A DNA stretch of 64,000 nt from a virus: positions 1 through 64,000 of IMG/VR virus record IMGVR_UViG_3300009174_000002; one strand, written 5' to 3'. Numbering within the stretch: position 1 is the stretch's first letter; each line of letters starts with the position of its first letter. Position numbers and translations under genes: made by a program. The notes under the pieces were generated by a model. That model worked only from the letters and a program-made list of their open reading frames with translations. It was not told where the DNA came from and made no database searches. This document shows positions 21,770 through 32,721 of this stretch, one piece after another.

Positions 21770-22195
21770 TTATAAACTAACTTTTACATATTTCTTTTTA
21801 TTATTTAATACATCGGAATAATTTGTCTTGTTATTTTTAACGGTAATTTTAAAATCTTTATAAAAACTTTCTAGTTCATTTAAATAATCTATTACTTTAA
21901 AACAATCAGATATTTTTTCCCATGATTTTAATAATGGTTTTATGATTTTAAAACATTCATTTTTAGATTTAGCATTTACATAATAATAACCAGTTATTTG
22001 TTTATCGCCATATAAGTTTCTTTCTTTATAAGAAACATCAACACACCAAATATTTTCTATTTTTCCTTTTCCTAATATATTTATTAAAGATTCTTTTCTT
22101 TTAACTAATTCCTCTTCTCTTTTATCAACCCTTCGAGGCTTAAATAAATTTTCATCTTCTTTTAATATTTCAAGTATTTTATTTTTCAAATTCAT
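21770..22195 (-). CDS. FKPRR-tag family protein (class B)
   Basis: MNLKNKILEILKE-DENLFKPRRVDKR. Confidence 0.8.
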   Translation of the reverse strand: MNLKNKILEILKEDENLFKPRRVDKREEELVKRKESLINILGKGKIENIWCVDVSYKERNLYGDKQITGYYYVNAKSKNECFKIIKPLLKSWEKISDCFKVIDYLNELESFYKDFKITVKNNKTNYSDVLNNKKKYVKVSL

Positions 22196-23559
22196 TTACT
22201 AAAAAAATAATCTCGCGAATAATATGGACTAGCACTCAATTCTCTTAAATGAGACTGAGCTTGTTGGGTTAATTTAAATTTATAAGTTATTGGTGAAGTA
22301 AAGGTAAAATTATTATCTACATTTCTTACAAATACTTCATATTCTAATTCGGGAAAGAAATAACTAGTATCTAGCATAAAAAACATATTTGTTCTATATA
22401 CTGATACTTGGGTCCAGGGAACCATTTGAAATCCATCCATACTATAAACAGAATATTCATAAGTTTTTCTAATAATATCTCCTTGCCCTCTAATTTGAGA
22501 TACTATAGAAAAAGGTAATATATCGCCTTGTCTTGCTATAGTATGAGATAAATTAGTGGTAGGATAAAAATATAGATTTTTACTATCATAGGGTTCATAA
22601 AATTGATCTGGATCACATACTTTAACTACCTGTTTATACTTACTTATCCCCCCTATATTCCATATTATTGTTATATATTCAGAGGCTAATGTAGTAGGCA
22701 TTGGAGGGGTTAAAGTAAAGTAATATACGCCAGGTGAGGGATTAACAATAGATGATACTGCTAGATCATTTCCATCATTTCCAGTTACCGTTACAGATGG
22801 CGAAGAAGAGAAATTAATACCTCTTTGATTTAATAAATAAATTTTATTTAAAGTATTAGCCACCATCTCTTCCGAATCATCAATAATTGTATCGTCAATA
22901 AAAAATTCTAAATAAGGTTTAAATACTGTCTTTGTATAATTGCTAGTGAAATATTTTACATTAATAGAAGTAAGATCAGTAGATTGATTTGGTATCCATA
23001 AAGCAAAAGAAGGATTTAAACTATTTGTAATAGAAGAAGAAATAATATTTGGATCAATAATAAATTTTAAATCTTCGTTATAACTATTAAAATTATAAGT
23101 TGTGACTGGCGCAAACGTAGTACTTTCCCAAGTAATTGTATCCACTCTAAATAAAAAATTAGATACTTGTTTGAAAGCGTTATTTTGTAAAAAGGAATAT
23201 CCATCCCCTTCGGTAAAATCATCGGTAAAATAATCTAATTGTAATAACTTGGGTGGAAGTGGTGGATTATATAAAGTACCCGCATCAAATAATTGAAAAT
23301 TACAAGTAAAAGTATTATTGGTTAGTTTATTTTTTAGCCAATCTGACAATTGAAATTGAAATAATAATCTACTTTCACCTTTTCCATCCATTAATTCCAT
23401 AACAGGATTGGCTCCAGAATTTGAAATAAAACTCCAGGAAAGATTTTTATTAATTGAATTATAATTTCCTATAGATACAGGAAAAGAAAATCCGGCACTA
23501 AAGGCATCTTTATAACGGAATATGGTATTATTTTTTGCAGGATAAATTCTGATATACAT
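22192..23559 (-). CDS. Putative structural protein
   Basis: Beta-rich 455-aa ORF preceded by TATTTAAA late motif. Confidence 0.55.
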   Translation of the reverse strand: MYIRIYPAKNNTIFRYKDAFSAGFSFPVSIGNYNSINKNLSWSFISNSGANPVMELMDGKGESRLLFQFQLSDWLKNKLTNNTFTCNFQLFDAGTLYNPPLPPKLLQLDYFTDDFTEGDGYSFLQNNAFKQVSNFLFRVDTITWESTTFAPVTTYNFNSYNEDLKFIIDPNIISSSITNSLNPSFALWIPNQSTDLTSINVKYFTSNYTKTVFKPYLEFFIDDTIIDDSEEMVANTLNKIYLLNQRGINFSSSPSVTVTGNDGNDLAVSSIVNPSPGVYYFTLTPPMPTTLASEYITIIWNIGGISKYKQVVKVCDPDQFYEPYDSKNLYFYPTTNLSHTIARQGDILPFSIVSQIRGQGDIIRKTYEYSVYSMDGFQMVPWTQVSVYRTNMFFMLDTSYFFPELEYEVFVRNVDNNFTFTSPITYKFKLTQQAQSHLRELSASPYYSRDYFFSK

Positions 23560-23619
23560 CCAATTTAAATTTCTTTATTTAAATACCTAATATATATTTT
23601 AGATTTTATAATAAAGAAA

Positions 23620-25953
23620 TTAATACAATCCTATCCAAAAGTTTGTTGTATTAGGAGTTATTCCACTAAAAGATTGTGTACTTGGAAAACTAGTTTGTCC
23701 TGTCATAAATCCACTTAAACAAGTTGAATTTCCAAGGCCTGCTAATGAAACAGAAGTATTTGTAAACGAAGGTGTCGTTCCAATTGTAGGTGCTGTAGTT
23801 TCTGCAGATGAATTATATAATAAGGCTACAAAATACATTCCGGATGTGGCTGAATAAGGCGAAGTAAAAGCTACGCTTCCTAAATTTCCAGTTCCAAAAA
23901 AAGTAGACCAAAGCCCGCCTGTATTAGCAGATTGGGCAACTAAAGTAAGTGTTCCAGCTGACCAACTATAAAGAGCAACTCCATTTACATTGCTAGAAGT
24001 ATATGATCCTGTAGTACTTGGAACCCATTTAATTCCGGTTATTGTTTGAGCTTGTCTCAAATAAACGCCAATAAATCTCATAGTACCAGAAGATAAAGCG
24101 GCGGTGGAATTTACTTGACTAAGAGTCACGCCTAATGTTTGTCCTTTAATATTTCCACCCAGTTGAGTTTGAGATAAAACATAACTATCATCGGATACAC
24201 TGGCATTGGCTAATACAAAAGCACAAGAAGCTGCATCAGTAGTGTTTGTTCCAGGCGCTTTTGTTGGTACGGTAACCGTTCCAGTAAATTGTGGATTATT
24301 AATAGTTGGATATAAAGGATTTGTAGTGAAATTTGATAACACACCATCATGATAGTTGTCAACTACTTCATTACCAGATGCTCCATTCCATTGTCTGAAA
24401 TAAGTACTATCCAAAGCCTTAATAAAAGTACAATTACTTATCTTATTTCCAGAAGTCAAGGAACTATCCATGGATATTAAAAGTCTACTGGACTGGCCTA
24501 CAGTAGAAATAAAGGTACAAGATTTAAATACATTGCCAGTAGATGCGGTACCATAATATCTTGATCCTAGTGTAGGCTGACTAGAAACTCTAAGAGCTGT
24601 GGCAGTTGATTGATATATTTCTCCAGTAAATCTATTATTCGAACCTATGACATAGACAGCGCCATCTCCTGCTGCTGTACTCATATTAGCAAAGAAATTA
24701 TTACCTGAAAATTGACTATTGAATACATTAAAAAAAGTGCAATATGTATTTGCCCCTACAGTTTGGTTATTGAAAACTTTTACATTATATATAGGCACTA
24801 TCGGATCACATTCTATAGGTATAAAAGCTCTACTAGTGTACTCAAGAAAATTTCCTATGATTTGACTATTACCATAATTCATTTCAATGCCAGCCTTGAA
24901 AGCATTTTTTATATAGTTATTATTACAAGTTACAAATTTTCCAGTTCCATCAAAAGATACAAATAATCCCCAAGTTCCTTGTATTCCAAGACTATCTGCA
25001 AAATTATTATCAACATGAATATTTTTAGCCCTTTCATATCCAGCTGCATCATATTTTCTATTAAAAATATCAACCGCTATTCTTCCAATGTTAATAAAAC
25101 GATTATTAGTTACGTTTAAATTATACATAATATGTTGTGTAACTGTACTATCACCAATATTTGTTAAAAAACATAAAGCATCCGTATTAGCATTAGGCCC
25201 AGTAAACCAGTTATGATCAAACGTTACATTTATTATATCTGTATGAGAAGTATAAATTGTTCCTACTCCACCTTCTGCTGCATTAGTATAACCATTTTTA
25301 AAAAATAAATTACTTACTTTTGCATTTCTCATAGTTAAAAAATTTACAATTGCATAACCAAAATTTCCTACTATCATTGAAGTTGAATCTTCTCCAAGCC
25401 AATTAGTATTGATTAAAGGTGTCACTATTGTACTATAACAAAGATATTTTCCGCTTGGAAAATATACAGTTTTCCCTGAAGCAGCGGAAGTGGCTGCTAC
25501 AATGGCTGCGGTACAATCTGTACTACTATCTCCTTTTGCTCCAAACCAAGTGATATTAATTTTATCGTTCACTATTCTTTTATATCTATGTCCACCCGCA
25601 TCAACTAGTACTGTCCCGGTATTATCGGAACTAGCATTATCAGAAGGATCATACCACCAAAATCCTTCTTTTAAACTGTCTGAAGTGTAATAAATACTAT
25701 TTCCATTTGGAATTGCATTGGCAGATCTTATTGCTGATATAGTAGTAGTTTGTGCCACTGCACTTTTCATTAAAGTGACAATACCATTATTAATATTTCT
25801 CAATTTAGCGGGCGTAATTGAGTGACTTGTATTATCAGCTAAATTAACATTAATAGCTGTCCTCAAACTGTTTGTATCAGTTATAGTTTGAGTTTTTGCA
25901 GTAATAAAACTTATTGTAGACAATAAAATAAAAAAAACTTTTTTCTTAAACAT
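23620..25953 (-). CDS. Tailspike-like right-handed beta-helix protein with N-terminal signal peptide
   Basis: [29 protein letters not shown] pectate-lyase-3-type start; [22 protein letters not shown]. Confidence 0.75.
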   Translation of the reverse strand: MFKKKVFFILLSTISFITAKTQTITDTNSLRTAINVNLADNTSHSITPAKLRNINNGIVTLMKSAVAQTTTISAIRSANAIPNGNSIYYTSDSLKEGFWWYDPSDNASSDNTGTVLVDAGGHRYKRIVNDKINITWFGAKGDSSTDCTAAIVAATSAASGKTVYFPSGKYLCYSTIVTPLINTNWLGEDSTSMIVGNFGYAIVNFLTMRNAKVSNLFFKNGYTNAAEGGVGTIYTSHTDIINVTFDHNWFTGPNANTDALCFLTNIGDSTVTQHIMYNLNVTNNRFINIGRIAVDIFNRKYDAAGYERAKNIHVDNNFADSLGIQGTWGLFVSFDGTGKFVTCNNNYIKNAFKAGIEMNYGNSQIIGNFLEYTSRAFIPIECDPIVPIYNVKVFNNQTVGANTYCTFFNVFNSQFSGNNFFANMSTAAGDGAVYVIGSNNRFTGEIYQSTATALRVSSQPTLGSRYYGTASTGNVFKSCTFISTVGQSSRLLISMDSSLTSGNKISNCTFIKALDSTYFRQWNGASGNEVVDNYHDGVLSNFTTNPLYPTINNPQFTGTVTVPTKAPGTNTTDAASCAFVLANASVSDDSYVLSQTQLGGNIKGQTLGVTLSQVNSTAALSSGTMRFIGVYLRQAQTITGIKWVPSTTGSYTSSNVNGVALYSWSAGTLTLVAQSANTGGLWSTFFGTGNLGSVAFTSPYSATSGMYFVALLYNSSAETTAPTIGTTPSFTNTSVSLAGLGNSTCLSGFMTGQTSFPSTQSFSGITPNTTNFWIGLY

Positions 25954-25966
25954 TATTAAACATTAT

Positions 25967-26347
25967 TTAAATCTGAATATTATTTAAAGTAATAAAACTT
26001 GAAAGTACATTAAAAATACCTAAAACTCCTTGTTCGTTAGGATGTTTAACTGTCGCTCCAGGATCTCCATAATTTGATGAATCACTAAAAGTATAAGAAG
26101 TAGATAAATCACAAAAATAAACTTTAGGATTATTTGCAGCTGTTACTCCTGATTGGGCTAAACTTCTGCATAAAGTAGCATCAGTTTGTCGAAATTGTCC
26201 AGGTGGCCAGGGTGTGGAAGTGCTGAGCCCATTTCCAGAGCCGGTCCCGGAAGTAGAAATATAGTACTTGGTTCCCGTATAGAAATGTCGCGGGGTTACC
26301 AAAGATAGGCAGGGAAGGAATAGAAATATTGTTAATAATCTTTTCAT
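25967..26347 (-). CDS. Chimeric remnant: secreted beta-helix-type N-terminus joined to an SGNH-like C-terminus
   Basis: Probable start 26347 (TAATG coupling): MKRLLTIFLFLPCLSL..YYISTSGTGSGNGLSTSTPW, then KHPNEQG. Confidence 0.5.
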   Translation of the reverse strand: MKRLLTIFLFLPCLSLVTPRHFYTGTKYYISTSGTGSGNGLSTSTPWPPGQFRQTDATLCRSLAQSGVTAANNPKVYFCDLSTSYTFSDSSNYGDPGATVKHPNEQGVLGIFNVLSSFITLNNIQI

Positions 26348-29300
26348 TATCTTGGAACTTGTTGTATTACTGGTTCCCAATCATAATTCATACTGCCTCC
26401 GGATGTTCCGTTAGTTTGAACGGTCACGGTTGTACCAGATTTCGCCCTAAAAGTCACCATTGGGAATAAATAGTATCCTGTCGTCGATATATCGGTAGTT
26501 GGCGTACCGACAGGATTTATTTGTATAGTTCTCGCCGTCCCTCCTGGATCGGTAAACACAACTTCCAGCCAAATATGATTAGTTGTTATGGAATTCACAA
26601 GAATGTAGCCACCGGCCTCACAATATGTATCCGCAGCAAGTATCCGTCCTTGACCTTTGAATGTTGTTTGCCCTGTTTCTAACTGCCCCCTTATTGCAGT
26701 AATTGGAGGAAATCCATTGAATAAAACTGTATCAGCATTTACAAGAAAATTACTCATTTTGCTGCCAACAGTTCCAAATGACCCATTCTTCCCTGCTCCT
26801 TGTATTGAGAATCCAGAATCCAATGCCCCGCCCAAAACTATTGCTGTATCCGGATTTGTGCGAAGACTTAATCCATTTTTTGCTGTAAATTGAAAAATTG
26901 ATTGATTTGGATTTATGTTATCAGCATAAGGCACGGCATAGTACGATTGAAGATTGTTAGTGACGCCAGACCCAAATATCTTTGGATTCGTAAATGTGGT
27001 TAATGCTCGTATGCTTACTTGCGGGATCAACGGATAAGTGGTAACCGCATGTGTTGATGTAAAAAATATATTCCAAGACCCTCCCGAATATTTTTCATAT
27101 GTAACAGTAGTACCGGTAACTTTCACGCGAAAACTGTCATTTGTGGACCAGTTTGTACCTCCAAGACCTGACGATATTAAAGTTCCTGATTCTGCGATAT
27201 TTATATTGTTGGCGCCACCGGAAGAGCCAAAAAAGTAGATGCCATAGTTGATTGAGTGATAGTCATTTTGAACCGGATTGGTTGAAAGTCCAAATATGAC
27301 ATTTCCATATGTAGAGATAGCCTGGCAGCTGTAATACCCATCCCCGGAAGAAAGTACTTTGTCGGGCACCGCCTGAACAGTAAACGAAAGAGCATCAGGA
27401 CCACTCTTTGTGATATTAGAACCACTGATTGATCCTGTACCGGTTAATCTCCCCCATCCTAAATTTGTCGTGGGTCGAGAAACTAATATACCGGGTTGGC
27501 TGACTGTGACTATAAATCTAGGGTCTGCTCCGTCGTCAATACATTCAATATTGTATACATTAAGAGCGGAAGAAGAATTGAATGTGCCAGACACTTTTGT
27601 ATTGTCGAGCAATGTAAAATTATGGCCATTTGCTACAATCTCGAGTCTATATATACGTCCAACAGTTGGGCGAATAATCTTTTTTATAGTGTCGTCCGAC
27701 GACAACGACTTGTATTGCCAACGGGCAACACCTAAGTCAAGTGTATCGCCCGTTAACGCCGATCTATAACCATATCCTCCCATAGAGTCGACTAAAGGGG
27801 TTGCCGATCCATTGGGAGTGGTTATTGAACTGGCTACATCGCCGAAATTCTGGTTGAACACCGGCTTATTAATATTACCTGAGAAATTTCTTGTAGTGCC
27901 ATATGTTGAAAAAATGCTCGCCCCTGAGAAGTCCATGTTGGCGCAATTGGTTATTGTTAAAGTAGATGGGCTGATAATACATCCGCCCGTAAATCGCCAA
28001 TTACTACTATTTGTGAACGTCATTGCACCTTCGTAAAAATGTCCGCCTACGACTGTCTCTCCAAAACTGGCCCCAGATACATCAAAAGATGTTCCATTGT
28101 GATTGCCATTTGGGTTAGCGATTATACCATGACTATTATTTGATCCACCTGTAAATTTGAAAGCTGTTGTATTGCTATTCACATTGACGCCAATGTAATT
28201 ATTATTGCCGCCGTCATCAAGAATGGCCGTTGTATTGCTTTTGAAGAGTCCGCCAAATATGGAAACGTATTCACCTAGCGTATCACTTTGCAATCCTATT
28301 ATATTGCTATAGAAATTACAATCGTAGATATTCCCGGCGTTGAATGTGGAAGAAGTGTTAGCAAAACGCATGCCCTTGTTTAAATTCGAAAAATCGCAGC
28401 CCGTGATTGAGAAATATTTAAAACCATTGACATTGATCGCCACTTGATTCGATGTATTCCCGAAAAACTTCAAACCCTTTATTCGTACGGAGTCTGATTT
28501 GATATCAAAAAAATTAAAGGTGCTGGAATTGGATGCCTTTAAATTGGCATTATACCCTTCGAATGAAAGAGCCTTAGTGATATTGATCAACGGACTATCT
28601 ATAGCATATACACCACTTGGAAATACTACCGCTGCCGGATATGGGCTACGCTGTGCCGCTGCAATACAACTATCGATCCCCCTTCTATTTGCCGTAGCAT
28701 TTGCCGTGTTCCCTGTTGTGTCTACTCCGGGATAATCGACAACATTGTATCTGAAAAGAATAGAAGGATAAGGTATATTTCCCCATGTTCCATTATCAAA
28801 TGGTACCTTACCCGTTGCCGTCCCGGGTGCAGATAATACACCTGGCGTTGTTGTCGTGTATGCGGGAAGATCGGCAGCAAGTTGCGCAGATGTCACGTCC
28901 GTTGGCGTAGCGGTAGACCCCGTGTTGTTACCCTTGTAGGAATGGGCCGGCATTGTCGCCATTTGTGCGTTACCTACAGAACCATTCGTTGGCGTCCTTG
29001 TATTCGTGAGTCGGCTATCATTCCCCAGGACCACCTGCGTGCCGGATGCGTCTCCGGAGGCGGGAACATCCTTTACCGCCGCTGTTCCCAAACCAAGGTT
29101 TGTGCGGGCGGTCCCCGGATTTGTGACATCAGAAAGATTGTTTGCTCTATATAACCACAATCCCGTAGTGTCCAATGGGCTTCCTCCGCCTACACTGTCT
29201 TTCCAGGCAAACGTACACGTAGATCCTTTGCAGAGAAAGATACTATCATGACTGCGATATCCCCATCCTACCCATTTACTCGTAGTATCGCCAGGGATAA

Positions 29301-29810
29301 CAACTGGCCAAAAAGTATTATCCCATCTTAAAAATATTTGACTGTTTCCCGTCCCTGGAGCATTGACGATACCGGGGGTTGTGGAGGTAAATGGGGTTGT
29401 CGCAGTAGCCACGTCGCTCATCATCGCAAAAGTGCCAGGCTTATCGGGGATAGTATCGCGCTTATGCGTTCCACTAGCAGATGGGAATATGATATTGGCA
29501 ATATTGCTCGTTCCTGGCCGCCACATCCATAGGCCACTATCAGCGGCGACGAAGGCATTTCGGGTTCCATCGTTGACGCCTATCTGGGTCTTATTGAATG
29601 CATTGGCCAGATCGCCGACTTGAAAATAACGGGATGCCATGTTTGTAATTAATATCGGATTTCCAAAGGCATCATCCAGCTCCATATCTTTACCGGTTCC
29701 TATATTACCAGCACCAAGCACCTGATCGAGGGTGGGAATAGCCCCAGAACTATCCGTCATAATGAAAATGCACGTATTCCCCTTGCACAGATATAAACTA
29801 TCATTACTTT
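26190..29810. other. GC-rich, horizontally acquired segment (boundaries approximate)
   Basis: Visibly much higher GC and GC-ending codons than the flanking DNA. Confidence 0.75.
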
Positions 29811-30183
29811 TATATCCCCATGAGAACCAATTATTAGCGGTATCAGTTATATTTAATTTTAAATCTATTCTATTACTTAAACTAGTAGTATCTAATGTTG
29901 AAGATAATGTAGATAATTTTATTTTAAATGTAGAAAATCCAATCCGTCTAAAAACTAAAGTATCATTACTTAAGTAAACGCTATCCATAGCATAAGCCTT
30001 CATTAAATTAGCTATTCCATTAATTACATTTCTTAATTTTAAAGGGGAAATTTGATGAGTCGTATTATCAGCTAAATTAATATTAATAGCTGTTCTTAAA
30101 CTACCTGTATCTGTTATGATTTGTGAAAATCCAACAATACTTGAAATTAAAAATATAAAAACAACTAAACTTTTTTTGAACAT
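26347..30183 (-). CDS. Large tail fibre/tailspike-like protein with signal peptide and beta-helix domain
   Basis: MFKKSLVVFIFLISSIVGFS-Q; ANNLSDV..ARTNLGLGTAA fibre motif; YNVVDYPGVDTTG..VVFPSGVY beta-helix. Confidence 0.75.
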   Translation of the reverse strand: MFKKSLVVFIFLISSIVGFSQIITDTGSLRTAININLADNTTHQISPLKLRNVINGIANLMKAYAMDSVYLSNDTLVFRRIGFSTFKIKLSTLSSTLDTTSLSNRIDLKLNITDTANNWFSWGYKSNDSLYLCKGNTCIFIMTDSSGAIPTLDQVLGAGNIGTGKDMELDDAFGNPILITNMASRYFQVGDLANAFNKTQIGVNDGTRNAFVAADSGLWMWRPGTSNIANIIFPSASGTHKRDTIPDKPGTFAMMSDVATATTPFTSTTPGIVNAPGTGNSQIFLRWDNTFWPVVIPGDTTSKWVGWGYRSHDSIFLCKGSTCTFAWKDSVGGGSPLDTTGLWLYRANNLSDVTNPGTARTNLGLGTAAVKDVPASGDASGTQVVLGNDSRLTNTRTPTNGSVGNAQMATMPAHSYKGNNTGSTATPTDVTSAQLAADLPAYTTTTPGVLSAPGTATGKVPFDNGTWGNIPYPSILFRYNVVDYPGVDTTGNTANATANRRGIDSCIAAAQRSPYPAAVVFPSGVYAIDSPLINITKALSFEGYNANLKASNSSTFNFFDIKSDSVRIKGLKFFGNTSNQVAINVNGFKYFSITGCDFSNLNKGMRFANTSSTFNAGNIYDCNFYSNIIGLQSDTLGEYVSIFGGLFKSNTTAILDDGGNNNYIGVNVNSNTTAFKFTGGSNNSHGIIANPNGNHNGTSFDVSGASFGETVVGGHFYEGAMTFTNSSNWRFTGGCIISPSTLTITNCANMDFSGASIFSTYGTTRNFSGNINKPVFNQNFGDVASSITTPNGSATPLVDSMGGYGYRSALTGDTLDLGVARWQYKSLSSDDTIKKIIRPTVGRIYRLEIVANGHNFTLLDNTKVSGTFNSSSALNVYNIECIDDGADPRFIVTVSQPGILVSRPTTNLGWGRLTGTGSISGSNITKSGPDALSFTVQAVPDKVLSSGDGYYSCQAISTYGNVIFGLSTNPVQNDYHSINYGIYFFGSSGGANNINIAESGTLISSGLGGTNWSTNDSFRVKVTGTTVTYEKYSGGSWNIFFTSTHAVTTYPLIPQVSIRALTTFTNPKIFGSGVTNNLQSYYAVPYADNINPNQSIFQFTAKNGLSLRTNPDTAIVLGGALDSGFSIQGAGKNGSFGTVGSKMSNFLVNADTVLFNGFPPITAIRGQLETGQTTFKGQGRILAADTYCEAGGYILVNSITTNHIWLEVVFTDPGGTARTIQINPVGTPTTDISTTGYYLFPMVTFRAKSGTTVTVQTNGTSGGSMNYDWEPVIQQVPR

Positions 30184-30224
30184 TAAAACACTTTACTTTT
30201 AAATATTATAGTAAAGCGTTTTTA

Positions 30225-30590
30225 TTATGTAACATTTCCGCCATTTAAAATAATAGTGAGCCTATCATCACCATTTGTGGCTTCAGTATTATTAATAAAT
30301 ATCAAAGTAATAGGTTCTAAATCTGAACTATAAAGTATTATAGTATTGCCTACTAAAGTATTTGAGGTTATTTCTGATATTTCAAAATTAGATACTTCTA
30401 AACCATCTTTTAAAATTTTAAAAGATTCTCCCACGACATCAGATTTAATATTGGCAGCATATAATAAAGTAATTTGAGTGCGGTTGTCTAAAGAATGCTG
30501 GGTAGGCTCCTCTACAAAAGGAGCAGGAGGAACTTGTTTTTTTAACCATTTAAAACTCCCATCAATATTAAAACTAGAATTATCGGGCAT
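30225..30590 (-). CDS. Hypothetical protein
   Basis: Clean ORF in late region. Confidence 0.5.
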   Translation of the reverse strand: MPDNSSFNIDGSFKWLKKQVPPAPFVEEPTQHSLDNRTQITLLYAANIKSDVVGESFKILKDGLEVSNFEISEITSNTLVGNTIILYSSDLEPITLIFINNTEATNGDDRLTIILNGGNVT

Positions 30591-30598
30591 TAAAAATT

Positions 30599-30988
30599 TT
30601 ATATATTTCTTTTATGATATTTACTATAATATATATTACTAAATATAAATGATATTTTTTGTAATACATTAGCTGCAATTTCTCTATTTTTCCATATATA
30701 ATCTAAAGCTTTTTTATATTTAGCATTATCTTTTATCTCAGGAATAAGTAATAAAGAATTATACATATATTCATCAAGTATATAAGGATCAGTTTCATCA
30801 CCTAATAACATTTCTATAAATAAATCACCTTCATCTCTATCATATATTTCTCCTAATTTTTTAAATAATTCAATAGCTTTTTCTGGTGATGGAGTTAATC
30901 TATTTTCTAATCTTCTAGGCTTAAAAAGATTTTCATCTTCAGTATTAGAATCTGCAAATTCTTTTAATATTTGTTTTACTAGATCCAT
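30599..30988 (-). CDS. FKPRR-tag family protein (class C)
   Basis: MDLVKQILKE-FADSNTEDENLFKPRRLENR. Confidence 0.8.
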   Translation of the reverse strand: MDLVKQILKEFADSNTEDENLFKPRRLENRLTPSPEKAIELFKKLGEIYDRDEGDLFIEMLLGDETDPYILDEYMYNSLLLIPEIKDNAKYKKALDYIWKNREIAANVLQKISFIFSNIYYSKYHKRNI

Positions 30989-31005
30989 TTTAAAATACTT
31001 AACAT

Positions 31006-31383
31006 TTACAAATTATATTTTTGTTTAAATTTTGTATCTTCATTATAAAGAAGTAGATTTTGCAAAATTAAAGATACCTTATTTGCTATATGTGCATTCT
31101 CTTTTACAAAATTTAAATTATTTTTTATTCCTTTTTTAATTTCTGGGATTTCTAGTAAACAATTGATTAAATAATCATCAAGTGCATAAGGATTGTTTTC
31201 ATCTTGTTTTTGTATCATGGCACTGGTAATAAAACACCAACCATATTTCTTTTTGGCTTTTATTAATTCTTTATAATATTCTAACCCCTTTTGTAAAGAA
31301 GGAGTAGTTCTTTTTTCTATTCTTCTAGGTTTAAAAAAATTATTTTCTTCGGATTCTGTCAATATTTTATTTATCAAATCCAT
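31006..31383 (-). CDS. FKPRR-tag family protein (class C)
   Basis: MDLINKILTE-SEENNFFKPRRIEKR. Confidence 0.8.
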   Translation of the reverse strand: MDLINKILTESEENNFFKPRRIEKRTTPSLQKGLEYYKELIKAKKKYGWCFITSAMIQKQDENNPYALDDYLINCLLEIPEIKKGIKNNLNFVKENAHIANKVSLILQNLLLYNEDTKFKQKYNL

Positions 31384-31911
31384 TTATATAACTATTATTT
31401 CATATCTAGAATCATATCCAGGTAATTTAAAAGAAGTTGTAATTGAACTCCCATTTTCAAAACCATCATCAACACTATCGTCTTCAAAAGGTCCTCCTAC
31501 TAATTTTGTATGAGTAAATTCAAATTCAAAATTATAAATTCCTTTTTCTTGAATATCTAAAGGTTGCCAATCATAGGTTACTTCTCCGGTTAAAGGATCA
31601 GTTAAAGTAGCCGGCCCTTTTGCTTCTAATTTATTGTGTTTATTATATAAATAAAAAACAATTCCAAAATCAGTTAAATCAACAGGAATAGGATCGCCAT
31701 ACAATTCTCCTAATTGTTTTATATATACTACCAAACTAGGTTCCAAACAATGTAATTTAATATAAAACTTTTGATTGGGTAGAACCAAATAAGGAGAATT
31801 ATCGTATACTCTTCTTACATGAGACGGAGAGTTATCTATAAGATTTTGAGACTTATAATTTTTTTGAAAATCATCATATTCGCTAGGATGTGGTAATACT
31901 GGATCTGCCAT
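31384..31911 (-). CDS. BppU-like (baseplate upper protein N-terminal) domain protein
   Basis: PVDLTD..TDPLTGEVTYDWQPLD..GIYNFEFEF. Confidence 0.6.
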   Translation of the reverse strand: MADPVLPHPSEYDDFQKNYKSQNLIDNSPSHVRRVYDNSPYLVLPNQKFYIKLHCLEPSLVVYIKQLGELYGDPIPVDLTDFGIVFYLYNKHNKLEAKGPATLTDPLTGEVTYDWQPLDIQEKGIYNFEFEFTHTKLVGGPFEDDSVDDGFENGSSITTSFKLPGYDSRYEIIVI

Positions 31912-32316
31912 TTAACTAAGTTCTAAGTATGGTAATATTAGTTTTATTATTTTATTAACTTCATTATCTTCAAAAGATTTTATAGTTTTATTATATACAA
32001 TACGACTATGTGAATTTTCTGAAATTTCAAAAAAGTTTTTTCTTAATGTCAGTTTAAGAAATTTATGATATGATTCGTTTGTTTTATGAAAAATAATTAA
32101 TAAATCAGCTTGATTAGAAAAAGTTTCACCAAACATAGGAGTTTCAAAAATTACATTCTTTTCTTTTGAAATTTTATCTAAATAGGGATTTAATTTATCT
32201 AACGTTTTTTGTAAAAATTTTTCTTGTTCATTTCTTATATCTGGTCTATCTAATCTTCTAGGCTTAAAAAGGTTTTCTTCTTCAGATTCTTTTAATATCT
32301 TATTGATTAGATTCAT
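31912..32316 (-). CDS. FKPRR-tag family protein (class D)
   Basis: MNLINKILKE-SEEENLFKPRRLDR. Confidence 0.8.
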   Translation of the reverse strand: MNLINKILKESEEENLFKPRRLDRPDIRNEQEKFLQKTLDKLNPYLDKISKEKNVIFETPMFGETFSNQADLLIIFHKTNESYHKFLKLTLRKNFFEISENSHSRIVYNKTIKSFEDNEVNKIIKLILPYLELS

Positions 32317-32721
32317 TTAATCTAACTTTATATATTGTAAAACTATTTTTAGCATTTCATTTATTTCATCTCCTTTTGTTAAGTTTTTTTCTATTTCAGG
32401 TTTTTCCGGATTATTAGTAAATAATAAAAATTTATTTTCATTATTTAAAATTATACTAATACTTTTTATTCTTTCTGCTTTAATACTATTTTTTATTCCT
32501 TTAAAATAAGTAATTCCTAATTTTGCATCGTATATAAGATTTCTTGCTTTTATTGAAGTTATAACAAAAATATTCGTAGTTTTATAATTAGGAAAATATT
32601 TTTTTAATCTTTTAAGAAGTTCTTTTAATAGTTTTTCTGGGTCTGATCTATCCTCTAATCTTCTGGGTTTGAAAAGATTTTCTTCTTCAGATTCTAATAA
32701 TATTTTAGAAATAAGATTCAT
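32317..32721 (-). CDS. FKPRR-tag family protein (class D)
   Basis: MNLISKILLE-SEEENLFKPRRLEDR. Confidence 0.8.
   Translation of the reverse strand: MNLISKILLESEEENLFKPRRLEDRSDPEKLLKELLKRLKKYFPNYKTTNIFVITSIKARNLIYDAKLGITYFKGIKNSIKAERIKSISIILNNENKFLLFTNNPEKPEIEKNLTKGDEINEMLKIVLQYIKLD

Noticed and set aside
26657-29977. Many plus-strand ORFs inside the GC-rich island
   Set aside because: They are antisense shadows of the 1278-aa gene, favoured by higher GC, and have no recognisable motifs.
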